From: a virus
Virus record (IMG/VR): IMGVR_UViG_3300032356_000182
Location: 31,739-95,738 of that record
DNA: 64,000 nt
Strand: one strand, 5' to 3'
Positions 36,960 through 46,263 of the stretch are shown here, one piece after another (the first letter of the stretch is position 1; each line of letters starts with the position of its first letter). The position numbers were made by a program, and so were the translations under genes. The notes beneath the pieces are model-generated. The model did no database searches. It was not told the origin of the DNA and saw only the letters and a list, made by a program, of their open reading frames with translations.

Positions 36960-38285
36960 GTGCGCAGAAGAATCTTGTTTGTTTGGCCGGTTTATGGGGG
37001 AGTTCCTGGCATAAACAACGGAATTTCTGCAATGGCAGGATCTCTGAAAGCACACGGTTTCAAAGTTAAACTGTTCATGCCTTCTAAAGATCAAGATTTG
37101 TCAACAGAAATCAAACGTTTTGATCCGGATGTGATTGGATTTTCTTGCAACGTTCTGCAAAGACGTCACATTCTAGATTGGGGAAAATTTTTTCGCTCTT
37201 ATTTTTATGACGCAAAAATCGTCGTAGGCGGACCTGATGTCATCTTGAATCCAAAATATTACGCAGAACTCTCTTTTGTTGATTACGTCTGCCTTGGCGA
37301 AGGGGACACAGCAATAGTAGATCTGATGAAGGGACAGCCTTCAAATAATATCGTTAGCAGCTCTGAAATACGAGATGATAGCGATTTTAGGATTGAGCTA
37401 GTTGACTTATCTAAGCTCGAACCTGAGGATTTTTCAATCTATAACTGGGATGCGATCATGATTGAGAGGCATGGGTGGCTTGGTGAATTTTTTATAGGCC
37501 GCGGCTGTCCTTATAGCTGTACGTATTGCAGCAATATCAGAATTCGAGAAGCTTGGCACGTTTGTCCTAAAGATTATGTGCGTTTTAAGTCGATTGAAAA
37601 TGTGATCCGAGAAATCAGATGGGGAATCTCAAATTATACTGGATCTGATGTACCGGTCATCGTATTCGGCGATGATACATTTACAGTTTCTTATGCACAT
37701 ATGATTGAATTCTTGCCGACTTACGCGAAAGAGATTGGCTTTCCTTTTGTTTGTAATATCAATCCTCTTGCATTTGATGAAAAGAAGGCTGAAGTTTTAA
37801 GAAAATATGGCTGCTTTCAAGTTAAGATGGGCTTAGAAACTGGAATTGACCAGCTCAGAAATCAGATCCTCGGCAGAAAGGAGAAAACAGCAGATATAGA
37901 AAAAGCTTTTTCAATCGCTAGAGATGCGAACCTTCAGGTATCTGTTTTCATTATGCTTGGAATTCCAGGAGAAACTTTAGATACGCTTAATGAGACACTT
38001 CTGCTTTTGGGCAAGCTAAAACCGGATCGTTTCAAAATGTCTATATTTTACCCATTCTCTGGTACACAACTTTATGACTACTGCGTAGAAAATGATTTAA
38101 TTGATTTTTCTAAGCTAGGACAGCAAGATAATTGGACAGAAGACACAGTACTTAGGTTTTCAGAGCCGATAAGAGCTAGAATAGCTGAAATCATACAAGA
38201 TGTTGGTGCTGCTGTTAATCAAGTATGCGGTCAGGATATCTATAAAACCGCTTTTGGAAATTTTGGAATGAAAAAGCTAGAGTAG
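36960..38285 (+). CDS. Cobalamin-binding radical SAM protein (class B methyltransferase-like)
   Basis: PDVIGFS, VVGGP, GEGD, RGCPYSCTYC, DDTF, GLETG, LGIPGET. Confidence 0.9.
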   Translation: MRRRILFVWPVYGGVPGINNGISAMAGSLKAHGFKVKLFMPSKDQDLSTEIKRFDPDVIGFSCNVLQRRHILDWGKFFRSYFYDAKIVVGGPDVILNPKYYAELSFVDYVCLGEGDTAIVDLMKGQPSNNIVSSSEIRDDSDFRIELVDLSKLEPEDFSIYNWDAIMIERHGWLGEFFIGRGCPYSCTYCSNIRIREAWHVCPKDYVRFKSIENVIREIRWGISNYTGSDVPVIVFGDDTFTVSYAHMIEFLPTYAKEIGFPFVCNINPLAFDEKKAEVLRKYGCFQVKMGLETGIDQLRNQILGRKEKTADIEKAFSIARDANLQVSVFIMLGIPGETLDTLNETLLLLGKLKPDRFKMSIFYPFSGTQLYDYCVENDLIDFSKLGQQDNWTEDTVLRFSEPIRARIAEIIQDVGAAVNQVCGQDIYKTAFGNFGMKKLE

Positions 38286-38306
38286 TTGAGAGAAGGGGAT
38301 ACAGCT

Positions 38307-39233
38307 ATGCAATTTTCGGTAATAACGATAAGTCGAGATCGGCCAAATAGCTTTTTCCGACATATCATATCAGTCTTAGCCCAAGATATTCCTGAAATTG
38401 AAATTCTGATTGTGGATGACAGTTCGGAAGGGGATGAAAGACAGCTTGATGCTTTGAGATATCTCGCTTCTTTAGAGATGTTCAAAGAAATTGTTTCTAG
38501 ACATCGGTCTAAAATTAGAGTATTCAAAACCAGGCCTCGAGAATATATCGGCGGCGAAGGTCGCGCAATCAATTCCGCAATAAGAAGGTGTAAAGGCGAT
38601 GCGATATTTGTTCTTTGCGGCGATGATTTGTTTCCAAAAAATCACTTCCAGTGCATAATTGATCACTATATGTTGATGAGCTTGGCCACGGGAAAAGACC
38701 CAGTTGTTGGGTGGCCTCTAAATCACCTCACAAGAGATGTTACTGCTGATCCTGATGATCGATGTATTCTATCTTTTACAGGAGCTGGCGAGCCTCTCTT
38801 ACTAGATGAGGCTAACAAGAGATATGTCTCGCTAAAGGAAGCTTGCTATCGTACTCCTGATTATTTCGTTAGACGAGAAGATATTAGCGCTGATTGGCTG
38901 CCTGGAATGAATATCTTTTGCAATGGACCGGTTGATGATAGAGCGCTGTATCCTAGGAGTTTTCTTGAAGATATCCGAGGCTTTCCAGAATGGCGAGCGT
39001 CATGGTGGCGGGATGCTATGATGAGATCTGTAATTCAAAACAGAAATTATCCAGTTGACCTCTGTTGGAATACGCTGAGTTTTCATCAATGGCATCCGCC
39101 TTTTCATCATCAGTATGACCAGGAAGGCCATGATTACTGGCAAAATCATCTAGGCGCTATTGTTTGTAATGAATCAGAAAGATGGGGAGAAGAGCCGCTA
39201 GATGAGATAGACATATTTGGAGAAAAAGAATGA
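38307..39233 (+). CDS. GT2-family glycosyltransferase
   Basis: FSVITISRDR, EILIVDDSS, IRGFPE, FHQWH. Confidence 0.8.
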   Translation: MQFSVITISRDRPNSFFRHIISVLAQDIPEIEILIVDDSSEGDERQLDALRYLASLEMFKEIVSRHRSKIRVFKTRPREYIGGEGRAINSAIRRCKGDAIFVLCGDDLFPKNHFQCIIDHYMLMSLATGKDPVVGWPLNHLTRDVTADPDDRCILSFTGAGEPLLLDEANKRYVSLKEACYRTPDYFVRREDISADWLPGMNIFCNGPVDDRALYPRSFLEDIRGFPEWRASWWRDAMMRSVIQNRNYPVDLCWNTLSFHQWHPPFHHQYDQEGHDYWQNHLGAIVCNESERWGEEPLDEIDIFGEKE

Positions 39234-40249
39234 AAATATTAGTGACGGGCGGGGCAGGTTTTATCGGAAGCTGGGTCGCACAAGATTTAACTGCTGATTC
39301 TAACAATAAAATCTTGATTATGGATGATTTATCAGGAGGATCTTTAGAGAATATACTTCCATTCAGAACGAAAGTTTTGTTTGAGCAATTAGACATAAGA
39401 AAATATGGAGAGACAGCATTTTCAATCAGTAAATTTCAACCTGACGTATTGGTTCATCTGGCAGCAAATGCCAGAGAAGGAGCCTCTTGGTTTCAGCCGG
39501 CTTCTGTAGTTTCTAGAAACACAACGGGCTTTGCTAATGTTTTATCGGCTTGCATAAACTACGGAGTGAAAAAGGTAGTATTGTTTAGCTCAATGTCTGT
39601 TTACGGAAATCAGCAGCCTCCTTTTCATGAAAAAGATGAGCTGAAGCCTGTAGATATATATGGATTGCAAAAAGCTAGCATGGAACAGATGTTGGCTATG
39701 CTAGCTGATATACACGATTTTGATTATGTGATTATTCGACCGCATAATGTTTTTGGAATCAGACAATCTCTTCGAGATAAGTTTAGAAATGTTATTGGAA
39801 TCTGGATGAATAGAATTATGCGAAATGAGCCGCTAATCATCTTTGGCGATGGGCTTCAGAAGAGAGCATTTAGCTATATTGATAATAGCCGACCCGTTTA
39901 TCAGAAGCTGATAAGCGAAGATGTGCCAAGAGGCTTGATTGTTAACGTTGGAGGGCTAACACCTATAACTATAATTCAATTAAGAGATATTGTTTTAGAG
40001 GCTATGGGCCAGAAGTCTGATTATCCAACTGAATTTGTACAAGCGCGTCCAAGCGAAGTTCATCAGGCGTATTGTTCACATTTGATTGCATTGGATTATG
40101 GCTATTCAGAGCCCACAACGCTAGAAGAAGATATTGGAAAAATGGCAGAATGGGCCTTAGCGAAGGGTCCCCAGGAGTGGGTTAATTCGGATGAGTTAGA
40201 AATCTCAACACGTGCTAAGTTACCTGAGCCTTGGAATGAGATAAAGTAA
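39230..40249 (+). CDS. NAD-dependent nucleotide-sugar epimerase/dehydratase
   Basis: TGGAGFIGS, HLAA, SSMSVYG, YGLQK, RPHNVFG. Confidence 0.92.
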   Translation: MKILVTGGAGFIGSWVAQDLTADSNNKILIMDDLSGGSLENILPFRTKVLFEQLDIRKYGETAFSISKFQPDVLVHLAANAREGASWFQPASVVSRNTTGFANVLSACINYGVKKVVLFSSMSVYGNQQPPFHEKDELKPVDIYGLQKASMEQMLAMLADIHDFDYVIIRPHNVFGIRQSLRDKFRNVIGIWMNRIMRNEPLIIFGDGLQKRAFSYIDNSRPVYQKLISEDVPRGLIVNVGGLTPITIIQLRDIVLEAMGQKSDYPTEFVQARPSEVHQAYCSHLIALDYGYSEPTTLEEDIGKMAEWALAKGPQEWVNSDELEISTRAKLPEPWNEIK

Positions 40250-40285
40250 ATTTGTTGTTCTAACGCTAATTATTTATAATCATCT

Positions 40286-40330
40286 AGAAAGAGAGCCTGT
40301 GAGCCTTTAGAGACTCGCAGGCTTTTATAT
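40286..40330 (+). terminator. Leader terminator-like hairpin containing GAGCC-N3-GAGCC
   Basis: AGCCTGTGAG...CTCGCAGGCT stem plus TTTTATATTTT, just downstream of TATAAT (40275-40280). Confidence 0.65.
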
Positions 40331-40350
40331 TTTAGAGAGGATCAGAAAAG

Positions 40351-40893
40351 ATGTTGAAAAATGATGCTTGGATTGAGCAACAAGCTCTGAAAGGTATGAT
40401 AAAACCATTTGTAGGAAAGAAAGTCAGTGATGGTGTTTTGTCTTATGGATTGGAATCTTTCGGATATACTTTCAGGTTAGCGAATAAATTTAAGGTTTAC
40501 CGAAAAGGCTGTGAGATTTGTGTTGATCCTAAGAATCTGGTTTCGGAAAGCTATCTCGACTTAACTAAAGAAGCTATTGAAATATATCCGAATTCCTATG
40601 TTACTGGACAATCTATTGAAGCTTTTGATATACCTCCTGATGTGTTTGGATTAGTTTTTGGTAAATCGAGCTACGCGAGGCTAGGAATCGAGATTATTGT
40701 TACACCTATTGAGCCCGGCTGGCGAGGCAGAATAACTGTTGGCATCGCGAATCATCAGAAATCTCCGATAAAAGTTTATGCTAATGAAGGTATAGCTCAA
40801 ATAGTATTTTTCCAAGGTGAACCGTGTTTGACAACGTATAATGGGAATTATCAAGACCAAGAAAATATACAATTGACGAGGATTCTAAAATAA
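40351..40893 (+). CDS. dcd: dCTP deaminase
   Basis: MIKPF, LSYGLESFGY, GKSSYARLG, TPIEPGWRG, YANEGIAQ, YQDQ. Confidence 0.9.
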   Translation: MLKNDAWIEQQALKGMIKPFVGKKVSDGVLSYGLESFGYTFRLANKFKVYRKGCEICVDPKNLVSESYLDLTKEAIEIYPNSYVTGQSIEAFDIPPDVFGLVFGKSSYARLGIEIIVTPIEPGWRGRITVGIANHQKSPIKVYANEGIAQIVFFQGEPCLTTYNGNYQDQENIQLTRILK

Positions 40894-40894
40894 G

Positions 40895-41455
40895 ATGACT
40901 CTGCCTGTTTTAGAAGTTTCTGGGCTTAATTCAATAGAAGGCATGGAAGCTCTCTTGGATATTCTTGTTTTAATGTTAAAAGATTCCTTAAACAGCTATA
41001 TTCAAGAAGTTGAAACAGAATGGCGTTCTATACATAACATTAAGCTGCCTCTAACAGACGAGAATTCGTTCGTGATAGCGAATGACGAAGATTCTATTCC
41101 GTCAGAATCTACAGTTTTCCCACAGATATATCTGTTTGGATTTGATGATAATCCAGATGAATCTTTAGTTGAGCAGTTTGACGCAGATTTATATAGACAT
41201 AATGTTGCTATTCGTCTTTGGATGAAATCTTCTACACCAACAGAGCTTACTAGACAGATATACAGATATGCTGAAGCTATAAAGAGAACAGTTAAGAAGT
41301 TTGCGAATGGTGCACAAGATTCAACTGGAGCAGCATCAGTAGTATGGGTGATTGAAAAAATAGCTGGCAGATACAGCAGTGTGAGTCCAACTACTCCGTA
41401 TTTTATGGCGTGTCAAGTTGATTTTTCAATCAAGTACTGGAGAGAATGGAGCTGA
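40895..41455 (+). CDS. Putative tail terminator/completion protein
   Basis: About 186 aa, FPQIYL motif, directly before the tape measure. Confidence 0.5.
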   Translation: MTLPVLEVSGLNSIEGMEALLDILVLMLKDSLNSYIQEVETEWRSIHNIKLPLTDENSFVIANDEDSIPSESTVFPQIYLFGFDDNPDESLVEQFDADLYRHNVAIRLWMKSSTPTELTRQIYRYAEAIKRTVKKFANGAQDSTGAASVVWVIEKIAGRYSSVSPTTPYFMACQVDFSIKYWREWS

Positions 41456-41461
41456 TGTCTT

Positions 41462-44400
41462 ATGGCTGTTAGCAATCCAGATGCAATAACCACAGCGATG
41501 CTGCTGAAAGGTGAAGCTGATCTTACTGCTATCATGGCTGCTCTTGAGCAAGTTCAAGGAGCTGTCCAGCGTGTTATTCAGAATAATAATATCTTACTGT
41601 CTAGTTCTATACAGATGGCTGGAGGCATGGAGGCTGCTTCCGGTTCTGGAAGTATTCTCGGAGATGTTTTGGAAAGAGTGAGTGTGCTGGCAGGAGCAGC
41701 AGGACAGGGTTTAAGTTTGCTTTCCGGGTTTATGGGAGGCTTCCTTGTTAAAGCTATTGAAACTGCAGGACGCACAGAGACTCTATACATTGCACTCGAC
41801 CAAATGGGAAAGAATGCTGGCTATACGAAAGAGCGTTTGAGGGAATTAGTTAAACAGCTAACTGAGACGGGCATCACTACCCAACAATCAGTCCAAGGCT
41901 TAATGAGAATGATGCAGCTTGAGCTAGATGTTACAAAAGCATTTGAATTAGCTCAGGTAGCGAAAAATGCAGCAGTTATCCAACAAACAAATACTTCAGA
42001 AGCTTTTGGTAGAATTATCTATGCAATCATGACTAGACAGCCGATGTTGTTGGAAAGCCTAGGATTGGCCTTTACTCGAACAGAACTCCAAGCACGAGGA
42101 ATGTTCAAAGCAACTTCTTCTATTGCTGAAAAGCAAGCCGCGATGATGGATATGATTATTGAGAAAGGTAAGAACTTAGAAGGTGTTTATGATGTTGCGA
42201 TGGCCACCTTCTTAAAGAACTTAGGTTCTAGCAAACGCTATATTGAAGAAATGCTAAATGCTATTGGTGCTCCATTTCTGGGCGCTATGGCTAAGCTAAT
42301 TGAATTTATCAACAACAGTTTCAAAGCATTCAATAAATTGAACCCGAAAATCCAAGAATTTACAGCTTATATTGTTGCGGCTATTGCTGCATTTGGCGGA
42401 GGACTCCCAGCGTTGGCAGGCGCTTTAGGTCAGATATTTGGATTACTTCAAGGAGCTACTGGTTTTTCTGGTTTTGGATTTCTTGCTGGCGTTTTGAGAA
42501 TGATTGCGCCTTATATTCCAGCTATTGCAGCAGCCGCAACAGCTCTATATTTTGCACTTAATGAATTGAAAAAAGCTTGGGATGCAAATGCCGGAGGGAT
42601 ACAAGAGAAAGTCAAGCCCGCCATAGATCTTCTAATATCAGTTTTTAATCGGCTGCAAGAGATAATCGGATATCATATCAATGAGCTAATGCCTCTGTTG
42701 CAAGCTAACTGGGAACGTTTGAAAGAGCTTGCCACTTCGCTATGGAATAGCATCAATAAATTTTTGAAGGATCATTCAACTTTAGCTCAGGTTGTTGGTG
42801 AGATTTGGAGTTTTATCTCTGTAGCGATAGATACAGCATTATACATTATTGATCAAGCGTTCTATACTTTAGAGAATATCTTGAGAGGCGATTGGAGATC
42901 AGCATTTAGCAATGTCTCTAATGCCGGAGAGGCTATGCTCGGCCTTCTAGGTAACACTTTACTAAATTTCATTCCAAAGATGCTGAATTATGGAGCTGAG
43001 ATGATGCGGGCCTTCATAGCCGGCTTTTTGGAATATGCGAGCACATGGCTGCCTAGCGCCTTGAACTCAATAGGTCAAACTATAGCGATGTTTTTGGAAG
43101 GACATTCACCCCCCAAGTACGGTCCTTTGACTGAGATTGATACTTGGGGTGGCAATGTAGGTTCAGCCTTTGTTCGAGGGTTCTCAGCAACAACAGCTAT
43201 GGGAGCTAATATTGTTGACCAATTTGCCGCTGGAATGGAATATCAAACGAAAAAATCTATTCCAAGAGCAATCAGGGTAATAAATAAGCAACTTCGAGAT
43301 ATGCTAGAAGGACATTCACCACCTCCAGCTATTCCTGACATTCCACTGTGGGGTAAAAATGCTTTTGAACAATTTTTAGCTGGCTTTAGCATGGCCGATT
43401 TCTCCGTTTTTAATTCTGCTTTAGGACTGATCAGAACAAGACTGCAAAATGTTTTTACAGATGCTGGTATGGATGCTAAGGCTGCGGCACAGAAAATATT
43501 ATCTGCGATGATGGAAATTAGAGAAGGCGTTGCGGGTTTTATTTCAGGTGGAGGTGCTGCAGTTATTGATAAAGTTGCTGGAGTGCCGATTGCTGATATC
43601 ATGCATGTTGTCAATTCTCAATTAGAGGCTTCTAGAGCTGCAGAGAATTTGAGTAAGATGCAAGAAGCATTCCAGACGATGCAGAAGCAGTCACAAAAAG
43701 CTATCAAGGAAGCTCAGAAAGCTGTCTCGAATGCGCAGGAAGATATTGAAAGATTTAATCGAGGCATTGAGGAAGCAGTAAAAGAGAGACTAAAGGTTTT
43801 AGGTATCGTACTTGATAGCGCTAAATTGAAATTGTTGCAGATGGCAGTTAGAGATGCAGAGGAAGAAGTTCAAGCAGCAACTGCACAGTATAACAAGGCT
43901 AGAGCTGCTAGAGAAAGATATGGGCTAACGATTGCATCTTATGAAGAAATCAATGCCCGGGCGCAGATGGCTTTAGCTCAAGAAAAGAAAGATCAAGCAA
44001 CTATTGAATTAAACGAAGAAGAAAAGCGTTGGAGATTAGCTGAGAGAATTCAGACTGAAATCGCTAAGTCAAGAGAAGAAGAGCTGAAAAGGCTTCAGGA
44101 TAACCTGAAGAATGCTCAGAAAAACCTAAAATCTCTTCAGGAATCTTATCAAGAGCAGATTGAGGCTGAGCAAGAAAGATTAGCCAATGCGCAGCAGCAT
44201 GTGAAAGACTTGCAGAAAGTTGCCGAGCGGGAAAAAGCTCTATTAGCCGAAAGACTGAAAGCCGAGGAAGAGCAGGCTAAGATAAAAGAAGAGCAGGTAA
44301 AAGAAGAAAAGAAAATGCCGGCTGTTCCGCCAACGTTGGCTCCGATGTCATATGATGTATATAGAAAGAGCAGAGAACACAAAAAGAGAGAAGCTGTAGA

Positions 44401-45862
44401 GGCTCCTGATATCATAACTCAGTCAGCTTCACAGATTCGTGAATATTTTGAGAAAACCATAATTCCAGCCTTGATTCCTGTTCGAGATTTTATAGTTAAT
44501 CTGGGAACAGAGATTTGGAAATTTGTTGGCCCAGATTTAACTTCTGCTTGGAACGAAGTTACAAAGTTCTGGGACGAAGTTATGGTAAGATTTGCAAAAG
44601 TTAGGGATGCTTTTGAGAGATCAGCTGGGATAAAGAAGATTATCAAAGACTTAAGTCAGGCTTGGGAAGATATAAAGAAAATTGGCGGTGCAGTATTATC
44701 TTTTCTTGTTCCTATCTGGAAATTTTTGTTGACAGCCGCGTTACCTACGTTTATCAAGGGCATCTGGACAGCTGTAAAAGGTTATGTTGAAATTGCTTGG
44801 TCTGTGTTAACTGGTTATTTGAAAATATTTTTAGATATTCTCGCAGGGGATTGGAAAGCTGTCAAACAAGATTTTCTAGATATGGTTAATGGCGTTCTCA
44901 GCGGAGTGAAAAACGTTTTGAAAGGTTTTGATGATGCTTTTGGATCTCCATTTCAATTTATATTTGACAGAGCAAGGTCAATTGTTAGATCAGCTGTGAC
45001 TGAAATCTCGTGGATGTTCGCGTCGAATTTTGCAGCAGTTAATAATTCAATTGATCGTTTTGTTCGATCAATTGGAGAAGCTATCGGAAATCTTGCCAGG
45101 TCTTTAGTAAGCCCTTTAAACGTGGTCGGAGACGCAATATTCAATGCGTTTTCTTGGGCATTCTCCAGGGTTATAGGCAGCATCAGCGGCTGGATTTCAT
45201 CTATTGGCTTAGCTCTAGGATCTCAAGCTACTGGAATATATAATGCTGCTGCAGGATTAGTTTCGAATATTTACAACGCTTTTAGAAATTGGATCGGATC
45301 TTTAGCTGGCTGGGTACCTGCTTGGCTAGGAAGTGTGGTTAACAGCATTAGTTCTATGTCTTCAAATTTTCTCAGCGCCTCTTATAGCGTGGCTAACAAT
45401 ATCTATAATGCTTTCTACAACGCTATCAGATGGATCGTTGATGCTATCGGAGGTTGGATTAAAGGAATTTGGAACAATGCGATGAAACCAGCTTTTGAAG
45501 GAGTTGTTAATAGAATTGTAGATTCTTTCAACGCAATCATTGATCGCCTGAATTCCGCCTATTGGTCACTTCCTGATTATGTTCGTGGTGCTATTCCTGG
45601 TTTTCCTCTAGGAAAGCTTGGTCGAATAACATTACCTGGCTTAGCTCTTGGTGCAATAGTTAACGTTCCAACTGTAGCTCTTGTTGGTGAAAGCGGTCCA
45701 GAAGCTGTCGTTCCTCTTGATATTCTTGATCGGTGGGTAAATAAACTTGCAAATCAAAGCAAGGGAATTCTCAATATCAATATCGAAAACAAATCAGCTG
45801 CTCCGATAGAGACAAAAGTCTCTATGTTCGGAGATCTTAGCTATTGGGGAGCGCACACATAA
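41462..45862 (+). CDS. Tape measure protein
   Basis: 1466 aa, Ala/Gly-rich helical, periodic W/F, coiled coil, HSPP motifs, C-terminal GESGPEAVVPL. Confidence 0.93.
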   Translation: MAVSNPDAITTAMLLKGEADLTAIMAALEQVQGAVQRVIQNNNILLSSSIQMAGGMEAASGSGSILGDVLERVSVLAGAAGQGLSLLSGFMGGFLVKAIETAGRTETLYIALDQMGKNAGYTKERLRELVKQLTETGITTQQSVQGLMRMMQLELDVTKAFELAQVAKNAAVIQQTNTSEAFGRIIYAIMTRQPMLLESLGLAFTRTELQARGMFKATSSIAEKQAAMMDMIIEKGKNLEGVYDVAMATFLKNLGSSKRYIEEMLNAIGAPFLGAMAKLIEFINNSFKAFNKLNPKIQEFTAYIVAAIAAFGGGLPALAGALGQIFGLLQGATGFSGFGFLAGVLRMIAPYIPAIAAAATALYFALNELKKAWDANAGGIQEKVKPAIDLLISVFNRLQEIIGYHINELMPLLQANWERLKELATSLWNSINKFLKDHSTLAQVVGEIWSFISVAIDTALYIIDQAFYTLENILRGDWRSAFSNVSNAGEAMLGLLGNTLLNFIPKMLNYGAEMMRAFIAGFLEYASTWLPSALNSIGQTIAMFLEGHSPPKYGPLTEIDTWGGNVGSAFVRGFSATTAMGANIVDQFAAGMEYQTKKSIPRAIRVINKQLRDMLEGHSPPPAIPDIPLWGKNAFEQFLAGFSMADFSVFNSALGLIRTRLQNVFTDAGMDAKAAAQKILSAMMEIREGVAGFISGGGAAVIDKVAGVPIADIMHVVNSQLEASRAAENLSKMQEAFQTMQKQSQKAIKEAQKAVSNAQEDIERFNRGIEEAVKERLKVLGIVLDSAKLKLLQMAVRDAEEEVQAATAQYNKARAARERYGLTIASYEEINARAQMALAQEKKDQATIELNEEEKRWRLAERIQTEIAKSREEELKRLQDNLKNAQKNLKSLQESYQEQIEAEQERLANAQQHVKDLQKVAEREKALLAERLKAEEEQAKIKEEQVKEEKKMPAVPPTLAPMSYDVYRKSREHKKREAVEAPDIITQSASQIREYFEKTIIPALIPVRDFIVNLGTEIWKFVGPDLTSAWNEVTKFWDEVMVRFAKVRDAFERSAGIKKIIKDLSQAWEDIKKIGGAVLSFLVPIWKFLLTAALPTFIKGIWTAVKGYVEIAWSVLTGYLKIFLDILAGDWKAVKQDFLDMVNGVLSGVKNVLKGFDDAFGSPFQFIFDRARSIVRSAVTEISWMFASNFAAVNNSIDRFVRSIGEAIGNLARSLVSPLNVVGDAIFNAFSWAFSRVIGSISGWISSIGLALGSQATGIYNAAAGLVSNIYNAFRNWIGSLAGWVPAWLGSVVNSISSMSSNFLSASYSVANNIYNAFYNAIRWIVDAIGGWIKGIWNNAMKPAFEGVVNRIVDSFNAIIDRLNSAYWSLPDYVRGAIPGFPLGKLGRITLPGLALGAIVNVPTVALVGESGPEAVVPLDILDRWVNKLANQSKGILNINIENKSAAPIETKVSMFGDLSYWGAHT

Positions 45863-46263
45863 TGCCGATCGGATATGATGCTTTCGGTGCAAAGACATAC
45901 GTTGAAGGTCAGGTTTATCTTGATGGCCACTGGTATTTTACAGAGAGAGGTTCTTATCAAGAGAACTCGGAAAAGATATTCTCAACTGCGCTGTCTCTAA
46001 GTAGTGCACTCCTTCGGCAAGAAGGAGGAATGAAGCCGCGTAGTTGGTCTTTTAAGGTGATTTGTTTTTCTGATGAGGAGTTAGCTACAATCTCTGGCAG
46101 TTTCGTTAAAGTCTCAGCAAATTCGGTATTGCCTTTCTCTGGTATGAGAGCTGATCCTCACATGGTTTATTTCGATTCTTTTGGACCGATAGAGGTTATT
46201 GATAATAGAAATAGAGTTTTCAGCGTTCCGGTATCTTTGAGTGCAGCAAAGGTGGGCGGATGA
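45862..46263 (+). CDS. Distal tail-like protein
   Basis: Small beta-rich ORF coupled to the TMP stop. Confidence 0.6.
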   Translation: MPIGYDAFGAKTYVEGQVYLDGHWYFTERGSYQENSEKIFSTALSLSSALLRQEGGMKPRSWSFKVICFSDEELATISGSFVKVSANSVLPFSGMRADPHMVYFDSFGPIEVIDNRNRVFSVPVSLSAAKVGG

